From positions 32,001-96,000 of the IMG/VR virus record IMGVR_UViG_3300030104_004245: a DNA stretch of 64,000 nucleotides. One strand, 5' to 3'. Made by a program: the position numbers and the translations under genes. Below, piece after piece: positions 56,301-64,000 of the stretch (position 1 is the stretch's first letter; each line of letters begins with the position of its first letter). The notes under the pieces were generated by a model, which ran no database searches, was not told the DNA's origin, and saw nothing but the letters and a program-made list of their open reading frames with translations. The DNA comes from a virus.

Positions 56301-59300
56301 AACTGCCAAACTTCTAACAGAAGCGGATATAGCTCCTATATCAGTACCATACTTCATAATGTTATCCATTTCTATTCTAGAATCTAACCATTCTTTTTGA
56401 GTTTCATTTAAACCATCAATGAACTCTTGCTTTTCTCCAGGTAATAAAGTTTTATATTCTTCCCAAAGAGGAGCAAAATCTTTTTGTTTTTCTTTTCTTA
56501 AAGGTGCTAGCTCAGGTTTAATAGACCATTCTACAATTTTTTCTGATACATAATTATCTATTGCTTCAGATATTGCACCTGTTGAAACTTGTTCTACCCC
56601 GTCTACAATTCTTCTTGTACCATTTAATTTATTAATATTATTTATTAATCTAAATATAGCATCTTTTGTTTTTGGAGCTAACTTTGAATATATAGATTCT
56701 TTATCAGATATCCCATCTGCAATTTTAGATAAACCTGCGTAAGACTCAATTATACTTGGGTAATTTAATACTTTCCTTATATACTCTTCTTTGTTCCAGT
56801 TATCAGGATTCTCAACATATTCATAAAATCTCTCTATTGTAGCAGACGTTTTATTTAAAATTTCTTGATATCCTTCTTCCATATACTCTTCTTGCTCATT
56901 AACAATGTGATTAATTAAATTAACACTTGTTTGAATATCATGAACAATTTCTTGATCTCCTTCTAATAGCTTTACCTTATCTCTTTCTTTTTGTAGTACA
57001 TCTCTTTTCTTTATAAGAGTTCCTTGGTGTACCATTAATACATTGTATATTGCATCATATATTATACTTGAATCGGCATCATCTAAAGGAGTTTCAATTC
57101 CATCAACAAAGTCTTCACTCATAATACTATCATCAGTTTTATCTTGTTTAGCAAACTCTTCTGCTTGTTGTACTAATTTTGCATTTGGATTTAAAATAAG
57201 AATCTTATCTAATAGATCTCTGTTTTCACTATCTCTATGTAACCTTTGAAGTGGTAATCCAAATTTTCCTGAAAATTCTTGTGTTTCTTTGTCTATATTA
57301 AAAACATCAGCATGAATATGGATTGTTTCCATTTCATCAAAGTTAACTTTTAATCCAAGATTAGCAGCTAATCTACCATACATAAATAGTTGCATGCTGT
57401 GTTGTTGTTTAGGTGTAAGTTCAAACTGATGAATTTTTGGATCATACTTAACACCTTGAGCTTTTTCTTTTTTAGTTCTTTCTCTGTAGTTTCCTGTTTT
57501 CCAAAATTTACTTTCAGGGCCTACTGCAAAACCTTCAGTTTCATATATTTTTTTTCTTTTTTTATTTCCAACTACATCGTGCTTACTTACTTTTAAATCT
57601 TTAATGCTTACACTTCCGTCTGGTTTAATAATAAAAATATCTGAAGCACCAGCTATTCCCGCTCTAGTGTCTCCAAGAATTACCTGAGGTACTACAATTG
57701 ATCTATTATTTTTTTCACTCATTCCTCTGAGGTTTGCAACTAATTGTGACATAGATTGATATGCAGCATATAAAGTTCCTTTTTCAGAAAGATATTTAAA
57801 ATCTAACTTTCCATCATTCATATCTTTTTCAATATCATTAAAGCTTCTGTATAAACTTATTTGCCCCATGAGAGTATCAAATTCATTTCCTATATCTCTA
57901 TTTATAGTAAATCTTTCATCTGGAAGATATAAATCTTTTAATCTTGATCCTGTAGAGTTTTTTAAATTTTCAATATCTGCTAAAGAATCGTTCAATGCTT
58001 TAATTTCATTTATTCTATCTTCTTTAATTTTATACTTTTTTAAAATACTTTTAAAAGTTTCCCCAGGTTTAACATTGTGTTTTACTTTCATTGTACCTTT
58101 AATGATAGTAGTAACAGATTTAAAGTTTTGTTTTGGATCTAATAAATTATTATATGTATGAGTCTCTTCATCTAATGTTATTATACCCCCTTCTCCTTTT
58201 TCACCAGATACATTATAATTTTCTATCATTTCTTGATGAGCTTCACTTATTTGAGATATAACATCTAATGTTCTTTTTTGTTCTGGTGTTGCTCTTTCTT
58301 TGTATTTTTTTAATGCTGCAGCCAACTTGGGTTCTAAAGAAAATTTTATTCTTTCTTCTGCAGGAATAGTTGCTTCTTGTTTTTTAAATGTAAAACCTAT
58401 ATTAGTAGTATTTAATACTTTAGCAATATCAGACAAAGTAGTGTTATAATTAATATCACTAACTTTTATTTTTAAATCAGTTCCTGTAAGATATTTAAAC
58501 CATTCTTTTATTAAGTTTGCAAACCATTTCATAAACTTAAATCCTAGCTGATCCCATTTTTTTCTTGGTTTATCTGAGTCTTCAATTTCTTTATAGTCTT
58601 TTAAAAAGTTTACAGATAATGCTTGAGTAACTAGCTCTCTATTTTGATCTTCTACTCTAAAACCTTTATCCTCATTATACGTATCTTTAATTTGCTGATG
58701 TAAAATAGGAAAACTTAATTTAGCTTCTTCTAATAAATTATCATATAACTTAGGATTGTCTTTTGCAAGAGCATCAACAAAAGGATGTAATACTTCTTCT
58801 ACAGCAGAACTATCAGTTATCTTATTGCCTATAAGCATTATCTTATTTGCTTTAGGATCATAAAAAGAATTTACTCTTCTCCAGTCTATTTTTTTCTTTT
58901 TCTTAACTGTACCCTGTGCAGTATATTCATAAGGAGCATCTGGTCTTTGCTTTGCATCTAATTTATTATAATATTTTTTAGCTTGTTCTTCAGTAACAAA
59001 TTCTGTATCTGTTAATGGAAACTTTTTTTGTAGAAAGTTTAGTACGCTCTTTATGTATGTTTTATCTTTAGAAGGTTCAGTAGATATAACATCTTTATTT
59101 CTAATTTGAGAAGGATCTAATTTAAAGATGAAAGTTTTTCCATTTTTCATAAAGATAGCAGCATTAGTATTAACACCCCATAGCTGCAATTGTTTTAATA
59201 TTCTAATTCTATGATTGTCAGCAACTTTAGCACTTCCTTTAAATTCATACTTTTGATTTCCTAAATATCTCAACCTCATACTTTTATCTGTACTATTAAC

Positions 59301-59567
59301 AGTAAAGTTATTGGTACCACCTATTCTTCTTATAAGCTTTTGTCTTCTTAAGTTAGAATATAATGCGTCAATATATTTTTGTTTCCTTATAGAAAATAAT
59401 ATTCTTTTTTCTTCTAAATATTCTTCAACCTGATCAATAGATGGGTATATTTCTACATTGTTTTGATTTTGCCAATCTTCAATTATAGAGTCAACTAATA
59501 TAGGAGAACCATATTTGTTTTCTAAATTTTTATAAGCTTCCGTATTTCTATTAAAACATTTTGCCAT
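53355..59567 (-). CDS. Giant virion (probably ejected) multidomain protein: zincin-like, PD-(D/E)xK nuclease-like, LysM-like, helical C-terminal region
   Basis: 2070 aa; EEVLHPF...RELV; AGASDIF...IKDLK...QL..Y; adjacent to the RNAP gene as in crAss-like phages. Confidence 0.75.
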   Translation of the reverse strand: MAKCFNRNTEAYKNLENKYGSPILVDSIIEDWQNQNNVEIYPSIDQVEEYLEEKRILFSIRKQKYIDALYSNLRRQKLIRRIGGTNNFTVNSTDKSMRLRYLGNQKYEFKGSAKVADNHRIRILKQLQLWGVNTNAAIFMKNGKTFIFKLDPSQIRNKDVISTEPSKDKTYIKSVLNFLQKKFPLTDTEFVTEEQAKKYYNKLDAKQRPDAPYEYTAQGTVKKKKKIDWRRVNSFYDPKANKIMLIGNKITDSSAVEEVLHPFVDALAKDNPKLYDNLLEEAKLSFPILHQQIKDTYNEDKGFRVEDQNRELVTQALSVNFLKDYKEIEDSDKPRKKWDQLGFKFMKWFANLIKEWFKYLTGTDLKIKVSDINYNTTLSDIAKVLNTTNIGFTFKKQEATIPAEERIKFSLEPKLAAALKKYKERATPEQKRTLDVISQISEAHQEMIENYNVSGEKGEGGIITLDEETHTYNNLLDPKQNFKSVTTIIKGTMKVKHNVKPGETFKSILKKYKIKEDRINEIKALNDSLADIENLKNSTGSRLKDLYLPDERFTINRDIGNEFDTLMGQISLYRSFNDIEKDMNDGKLDFKYLSEKGTLYAAYQSMSQLVANLRGMSEKNNRSIVVPQVILGDTRAGIAGASDIFIIKPDGSVSIKDLKVSKHDVVGNKKRKKIYETEGFAVGPESKFWKTGNYRERTKKEKAQGVKYDPKIHQFELTPKQQHSMQLFMYGRLAANLGLKVNFDEMETIHIHADVFNIDKETQEFSGKFGLPLQRLHRDSENRDLLDKILILNPNAKLVQQAEEFAKQDKTDDSIMSEDFVDGIETPLDDADSSIIYDAIYNVLMVHQGTLIKKRDVLQKERDKVKLLEGDQEIVHDIQTSVNLINHIVNEQEEYMEEGYQEILNKTSATIERFYEYVENPDNWNKEEYIRKVLNYPSIIESYAGLSKIADGISDKESIYSKLAPKTKDAIFRLINNINKLNGTRRIVDGVEQVSTGAISEAIDNYVSEKIVEWSIKPELAPLRKEKQKDFAPLWEEYKTLLPGEKQEFIDGLNETQKEWLDSRIEMDNIMKYGTDIGAISASVRSLAVTDDTLVQIMEKMQKAKKQELLDRINIDSQDIGGAAGNLLRVRKRLGLPTDAKSMYSYMLRFDKDGKFKNQYVQKIGEEYEELQESLRQKMFDAEGNLMEYKLYEDGRELTDEEVKYNIKLKQIKKEFGAFFNAEEITDEGVSEQGEYHHYTQDFIDARNQVQEIIVTGKYKRWEKKDGVTEDDYRSFRNKYMSKKTIYRMIPDQFGNPSGTVVKDTDWFVKNDYREANDFVKSTGESLLSKRYEDIINPDMSNELKQAELTFYLTYVQYWDKYLEMLPADDRSQMTGRLPLILDTFTQQLAQSDTGAKAKLFAKLNPKKAWDQFINSTSSSKHVYTNENGDFIDSLPIYYTGSPRQEKYLEGLNKRLKELEQQWNSGNLKGKDGRTLNSKEQKAEYNKERKRIKEQIIKLQMSPSRDEISLDLADSLLKFGTMAQNYDTMYEIEHTMKAFIDTISRREYREPDGNIYTRIGGKVVDAFRKQGTAREPRMIARVKKWMHMVYYDNDQQTRGYMDKLVGELISKSSLVYVGWNTWGNINNYMVGRLNNFVETFGRGQGHYFRRESYYKAERLFNERLLPDLLHRLGGRTAFNDLTGAGRLTRYDKHQAISKYEALVDLFRMMDAKSDLREQGPDSANKKSWLRRASEWGFAVQDGMEYNVQTKVGMAILDSWMVKDKETGETMSMLDAFNWNTKDGEASLDGNKFSVIDYRTGEEREWNDQTRYEIRNYIRETNKQIHGNYAHEDRMVIQSHWLGQLAAQFHKWVVPAYDARFRKSYFDENLGWMEGRYISLWNYMKYMYQIKNHIEKNSLKKDYFNGPEGQVRMKNMWKIAGEAAVISLSLLTRDILSKVWEDDDDKSKTRKRLENLILYQLHRQQREFVQFVPVFGWKEAWNLVKSPFASSRWVAEITEAVGSTVMTPAAYTIAWVKGDTVKFNTNSTYVYQRGARKGEWKVKKNWYDALPILYTIERFKSYDTVRNFWVK

Positions 59568-62500
59568 TACTTACATTTCTTTTTTATTTCTTTCATAAAA
59601 TCTTCTAAATCCATTTCGTTATATATCTCTATATATCTATCAAATCCTTCTTTAAGTTCTTTTAAAGTAACTTTTTTAATCCCTAAGTTTCCTTTTATGT
59701 TTTCTATATTTTCTGTAGATAAGTTTTTTAATTGCTCATTAAAAAAGTCTGTTATCATTTTATCATCTACAATATCTTCTTCTTCATAAAATATATCTTC
59801 TGCATCATCATCATAATCCATTTCATCTCCAACCTCATCCATGCTTAAACTTTGTACAGACTCATCTACATTTTCAGGATCTGTTGTTGTTAAATCATTT
59901 TCTGATGAATCGTTTGCATCATCCCATGTAGCTTCATCATCTGCTTCATCCATAGATAGCCTGTTTGCTTTATCTTCTAAGGATTCAAACTCATTCATTG
60001 TACCATCTTTCTTAAGACTGTCAATATATTTTTTAATTTCTTCATATGCAGGAAGCTGACCATCTAATACATGTGAAGTAGAAAATGTTGATGTACTTCC
60101 CACCGGTTTATATTCTATATATTTAAACCTTGTTCCAAATATATTCCCTCCTCTTTTTTTAATTTCTTCATTATCTATATCATAAATATTATTCATGTTT
60201 ATACCTAAAGGTGTATCAATTTCTGCTAAGATAAAAGTTTTTCTTCTATACTCTCCTGATTCAGTATATTTTTTTGGTATATCTAATTTAAAAACTATAG
60301 GAGCTCCTATAAGTTTAACACTTTGAGTGCCTTTTGATCCTGGAGCAATAACATTTGTACTACTAAATATTGGTTTATTAGAAGATTGTGCTTTAAGTAT
60401 TTTTTCAATATTATCATTTATCCTTTCTTGGTTTTCTATTTCTAAACGTTTTAATTTTTTATACTGATCTTTTTTAGGAACATATCCTATACTATCATTT
60501 CCTTTTATATTTTTCAAAATGTTTATTTCTAATTCAGCCAATTTATATTCATCTTCAGATGCGTTTTGATAATTGTTTTTAGCATCATAAACTATTGGTT
60601 CTTGCTCACCTAAGAATTGTCTTCCTGCTTTTTCAGTTTCTCTTTGTCTAGTTTCTATATCCCATCCAAATGCATATATTAATTTGTTTCTTAAATACGC
60701 ATAAGTTTTTGGACTTTGTTCTTTTACAGACTTTAACCTATTAACATAAGGACCTTCAGTATAAAATACAACATCTTTACCATACCTTACTATATCATTT
60801 ATTATTGTATCAAAAAAATCTTTGTTATCATTTAATGAATCATCTGACCAATACCTACCTTTTTCAAACATTACTGGAATTTGAATAATATCTCCTGTAA
60901 GTTTATCTCCAAGCACTTTTTCTAATCTATGTTCTCCAGTACTTACACCTTCAAATACATGAAGTTTTTTACCAGTATTTATTGAAGGTAATATATTATC
61001 CCAATTACCTTTACCTTTTACAACTTCAATGTTTTCATCTTTTAGTTGACTTGGTACAACATTCTCATAACTTACAAAGTATTCTTTTCTTTCTGTTTGA
61101 CTATTATACTTTGATCCAATTAAAGGTTTAATATATTTTTGAGTATTTATATGTTTATAAAATCCAACAGTTAAATCTTCAATCAAAGCTTTTTTAGTCA
61201 TCCCTTTACCAAATACATTTTCAAATGCTGCATCTGTTTGTGCTGTTGATTTAAATAACTGATGTACAGTTTCTAAAACTCCTGTGTTTGCATCTATAAT
61301 ATCTCTATATAATATTGGTAAAATAGCTTGCATGAATGAACCTCTAGAAAATTGCATTCCGTCTTTTACAATAGAGTAGTTTACAAGAGCTTGTGCATCT
61401 TGCATTGTGTGAGGATCTTCAAACAATAATAATAAATCTCTTTGCATATCTTGAAGGTAATCATCATGTACTTCTGCAAATGAATTAAATTCAAGTAAAT
61501 CTAATCCTGTCTTGTTAGATCTGTTAGATCTTGTTTTTACAAATAAACCATCAATAAATGTATTCTTTTTATTATTTTCATTTAAGTATTTTGTAATTTT
61601 ATCATATGCTTCAATGGCTTTATAACCACCTACTTGATCATATATTAATCCATTATTTAAAGATGCTTTAACCATAGCACCATTAGTTTGTTGTGTATCT
61701 AAATAATTTTTATAAGCTTTAATCATTAGATAACTAACTATATCTTTACTATTCTTATCAATAAACTCTTCTTTATCATAAACATATAATTGTGAGTTTA
61801 TTTTATTTTGAATATCTTTAAATGTATCTGTAAATGCAAGATGTAATGCAGGTAAAACATTGTCATTTATATCATTAAATATATCCCAATACATGTGATA
61901 CATATTAGAAAAACCTTCTTTAGATTTGTATTTAAATATAGGTCTAACATCAAACGGAATCTTATGTTTGCTCATTTCTTTATCATTCATTTCAACACCC
62001 AAATACTCTGCAGCTTCTGTAAATTTATTTATATCAGCTTGATTTGTACCAGTACCTGCTGTTAATGAAAGCATTGTTGATAAGTTTCTTATTGCTTCAG
62101 CAAATTCATCTGCAATCATCCACTGATTTAGTATAGCTAATTCTCTACGTATTAAAGCTTCTGCATTTTCTTTTTCTGTTATATCAGAAAGTTCATATAG
62201 ATTAAGATCTATCTGTTCTTGTAGGTTTGATAATAATACACTAGTATTTTCCATTTCATTTGTTCTTGCTTTCTTTAAAGCTTTTTTTCTTTTTTCTGAA
62301 GCGTTTTCAGGCATATTAGCATTTAATAAAGATTTTATTCTTTCTTCAACTAATTTTGTAGTTCCTGGGTCATAAAAACTAGCCTTATCTGTATAACCTG
62401 CTCTATATGCTACTCTAATGCTTGGTTGTTGTACCATTAATAATGATGTGTCAATATCAACACCCATAGCAATTAAAGTTCCAACAAGTCCTAATGCCTT

Positions 62501-64000
62501 CTTGTTTAGGTTATGTTTATGAGCTAATCTATCTTTTGCATTATCTACAATAACACTTACTAATGCTGAAACTAAATATTGAGTTCTATATCCTGTTTTA
62601 TCAATCTTACCTGTATCAGGATTTATTGAATATCTATTGTTAAACACTGCTCCTTTAAATTTATAATTATTAAAGTTTAATGGAGATTGATTTTTATGAA
62701 CAGAAATATTAAACTTACCTAAAGTATTAAAGCTAATATTACTTAATGCTATTGCTCCAATAGAATTTATTGCAATATGATTAGCATCCCATGATAATAT
62801 TTTTCCTAATATATCATTAATATCTAAACCTTCTTCTTTTACAATTTCTTTTATTGATGGAAAAGCATTTGAAATTTTTTCCCAAGCTATGTCAAAAGGT
62901 GTGTTAACAGCAGGTTCATAAGCAATTGGAACAGTTCTTCCTTCTTGTACTTCTGTTATTCCTTTATTTCCCAGTAATGCATATTTTAAATCTAATATTT
63001 TATTATCTAATGCAGCCTTATAAGGTTCTGGAGTATTATCTATTTGACCTATAGATTCTTTTCTATTTTTTTTCCATTCTTTATATTCTTTGAAGTTTTT
63101 AGGTAAATTTAAAATCTCAAGAGATCCTTGTATCATAGAATCATCTTCCATATATTTTAATATTTCTTCCCTTGTATAATTTTCATCTGGAATAATAACA
63201 TGTTCATAGTAATCTTCAAAAGCTTTTTCTTCTCTATTATACCAAAAACCTTTTGCATTAGCATATTCTCTTTTAGATCTTTCTTCATTAAAATCTTCTA
63301 AGTCAAATCTTTTTATATATTGTTTAGCTCTAGGAGACCATTGTTTAGTAGCAGCCCAAACAAACCACATTTTTTCTAGCTCTCCTGAAGTATATACAGG
63401 CTTAACTTCTTCTTCTTTCTGAGCCATTTTATTAGACTTCCATGTTTGTATAGCATAATGCATGTCATGCTTTTTATTTTTAGTATTACCAAACATGTAT
63501 CTCATATAATCATAATACTTATCTTTTTCTTTTGTAGCATCACCATATCTATGAAAACCTAGTTCATCATAATAGAAATCTGACATTTGTGCATAAATTT
63601 TATCAATATCAAAGTCAGATCCTGATATCTCTATTAACTCATATGCTGTCATTATAGTTGAACTATACATTGGTGGTAAGAAATCTACAATTTTTATATT
63701 AGCTGCAGAGTGTTTATCTTGTGTAGGAATACGTATAGCAAATGCTTTTGAAAATACTGATGGTAAAGGGTCTTCAGGTTTAATATTAATAGCTGAAGAA
63801 TGATGAGCAGCCATCATTGATTCCATATATTTTCTATCTAATTTTTTACCTTTCTCATCATACTCTTCTATATTAGCTCTAAGTCTATCTAAAACTATTT
63901 CACCTGGACTTACTTGATAATCATTAGGAAGCATTGATACATTGGTCATATCTTTTAATGCTGGAGCTGTTCCCTCATCAAACTTTTTATCCCATTCATC
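59567..64000 (-). CDS. Virion DNA-dependent RNA polymerase, C-terminal part (frame open beyond window edge)
   Basis: RIPTQ..HS and GSDFDIDK two-barrel catalytic motif; no stop between 63949 and 64000. Confidence 0.88.
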   Translation of the reverse strand, partial: DEWDKKFDEGTAPALKDMTNVSMLPNDYQVSPGEIVLDRLRANIEEYDEKGKKLDRKYMESMMAAHHSSAINIKPEDPLPSVFSKAFAIRIPTQDKHSAANIKIVDFLPPMYSSTIMTAYELIEISGSDFDIDKIYAQMSDFYYDELGFHRYGDATKEKDKYYDYMRYMFGNTKNKKHDMHYAIQTWKSNKMAQKEEEVKPVYTSGELEKMWFVWAATKQWSPRAKQYIKRFDLEDFNEERSKREYANAKGFWYNREEKAFEDYYEHVIIPDENYTREEILKYMEDDSMIQGSLEILNLPKNFKEYKEWKKNRKESIGQIDNTPEPYKAALDNKILDLKYALLGNKGITEVQEGRTVPIAYEPAVNTPFDIAWEKISNAFPSIKEIVKEEGLDINDILGKILSWDANHIAINSIGAIALSNISFNTLGKFNISVHKNQSPLNFNNYKFKGAVFNNRYSINPDTGKIDKTGYRTQYLVSALVSVIVDNAKDRLAHKHNLNKKALGLVGTLIAMGVDIDTSLLMVQQPSIRVAYRAGYTDKASFYDPGTTKLVEERIKSLLNANMPENASEKRKKALKKARTNEMENTSVLLSNLQEQIDLNLYELSDITEKENAEALIRRELAILNQWMIADEFAEAIRNLSTMLSLTAGTGTNQADINKFTEAAEYLGVEMNDKEMSKHKIPFDVRPIFKYKSKEGFSNMYHMYWDIFNDINDNVLPALHLAFTDTFKDIQNKINSQLYVYDKEEFIDKNSKDIVSYLMIKAYKNYLDTQQTNGAMVKASLNNGLIYDQVGGYKAIEAYDKITKYLNENNKKNTFIDGLFVKTRSNRSNKTGLDLLEFNSFAEVHDDYLQDMQRDLLLLFEDPHTMQDAQALVNYSIVKDGMQFSRGSFMQAILPILYRDIIDANTGVLETVHQLFKSTAQTDAAFENVFGKGMTKKALIEDLTVGFYKHINTQKYIKPLIGSKYNSQTERKEYFVSYENVVPSQLKDENIEVVKGKGNWDNILPSINTGKKLHVFEGVSTGEHRLEKVLGDKLTGDIIQIPVMFEKGRYWSDDSLNDNKDFFDTIINDIVRYGKDVVFYTEGPYVNRLKSVKEQSPKTYAYLRNKLIYAFGWDIETRQRETEKAGRQFLGEQEPIVYDAKNNYQNASEDEYKLAELEINILKNIKGNDSIGYVPKKDQYKKLKRLEIENQERINDNIEKILKAQSSNKPIFSSTNVIAPGSKGTQSVKLIGAPIVFKLDIPKKYTESGEYRRKTFILAEIDTPLGINMNNIYDIDNEEIKKRGGNIFGTRFKYIEYKPVGSTSTFSTSHVLDGQLPAYEEIKKYIDSLKKDGTMNEFESLEDKANRLSMDEADDEATWDDANDSSENDLTTTDPENVDESVQSLSMDEVGDEMDYDDDAEDIFYEEEDIVDDKMITDFFNEQLKNLSTENIENIKGNLGIKKVTLKELKEGFDRYIEIYNEMDLEDFMKEIKKKCK

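Noticed and set aside
1-64000. Stop-codon reassignment (TAG/TGA), known in some crAss-like phages
   Set aside because: Code 11 gives dense, intact, coupled genes including very long ORFs; TAG and TGA act as real stops; the only tRNA found is Arg, not a suppressor

Overview
AT-rich 64 kb segment of a lytic dsDNA phage most consistent with a crAss-like (Crassvirales-related) phage of a Bacteroidota host, probably flavobacterial. Support: a giant virion RNA polymerase with GSDFDIDK catalytic loop at the right edge, a PolB/DnaB/primase/AAA replication block, an IHF-like + PD-(D/E)xK gene pair, TAnnTTTG Bacteroidota promoters, and a T9SS sorting signal. It uses the standard genetic code. Layout: 1-9.0 kb minus-strand late/structural and lysis genes; 9.26-34.4 kb plus-strand early/replication genes ending in tRNA-Arg; 34.4-50.8 kb minus-strand structural/accessory genes; nrdJ; then two giant minus-strand virion proteins. 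Main leads: (1) eight unrelated, dispersed small basic proteins share short peptide tags conserved at protein level (C-terminal GPN[G/N][I/V]L, VPGMY, N-terminal MPxNMKKAG, [YFK]xxGG), a candidate addressing/processing code; (2) a phage-borne cell-surface module (T9SS cargo protein, outer-membrane beta-barrel, exported thioredoxin fold, Cys-rich micropeptide); (3) several structured intergenic RNAs; (4) unannotated metal-binding microproteins including a CDGSH protein. All family assignments are from motif recognition by eye, not database searches.
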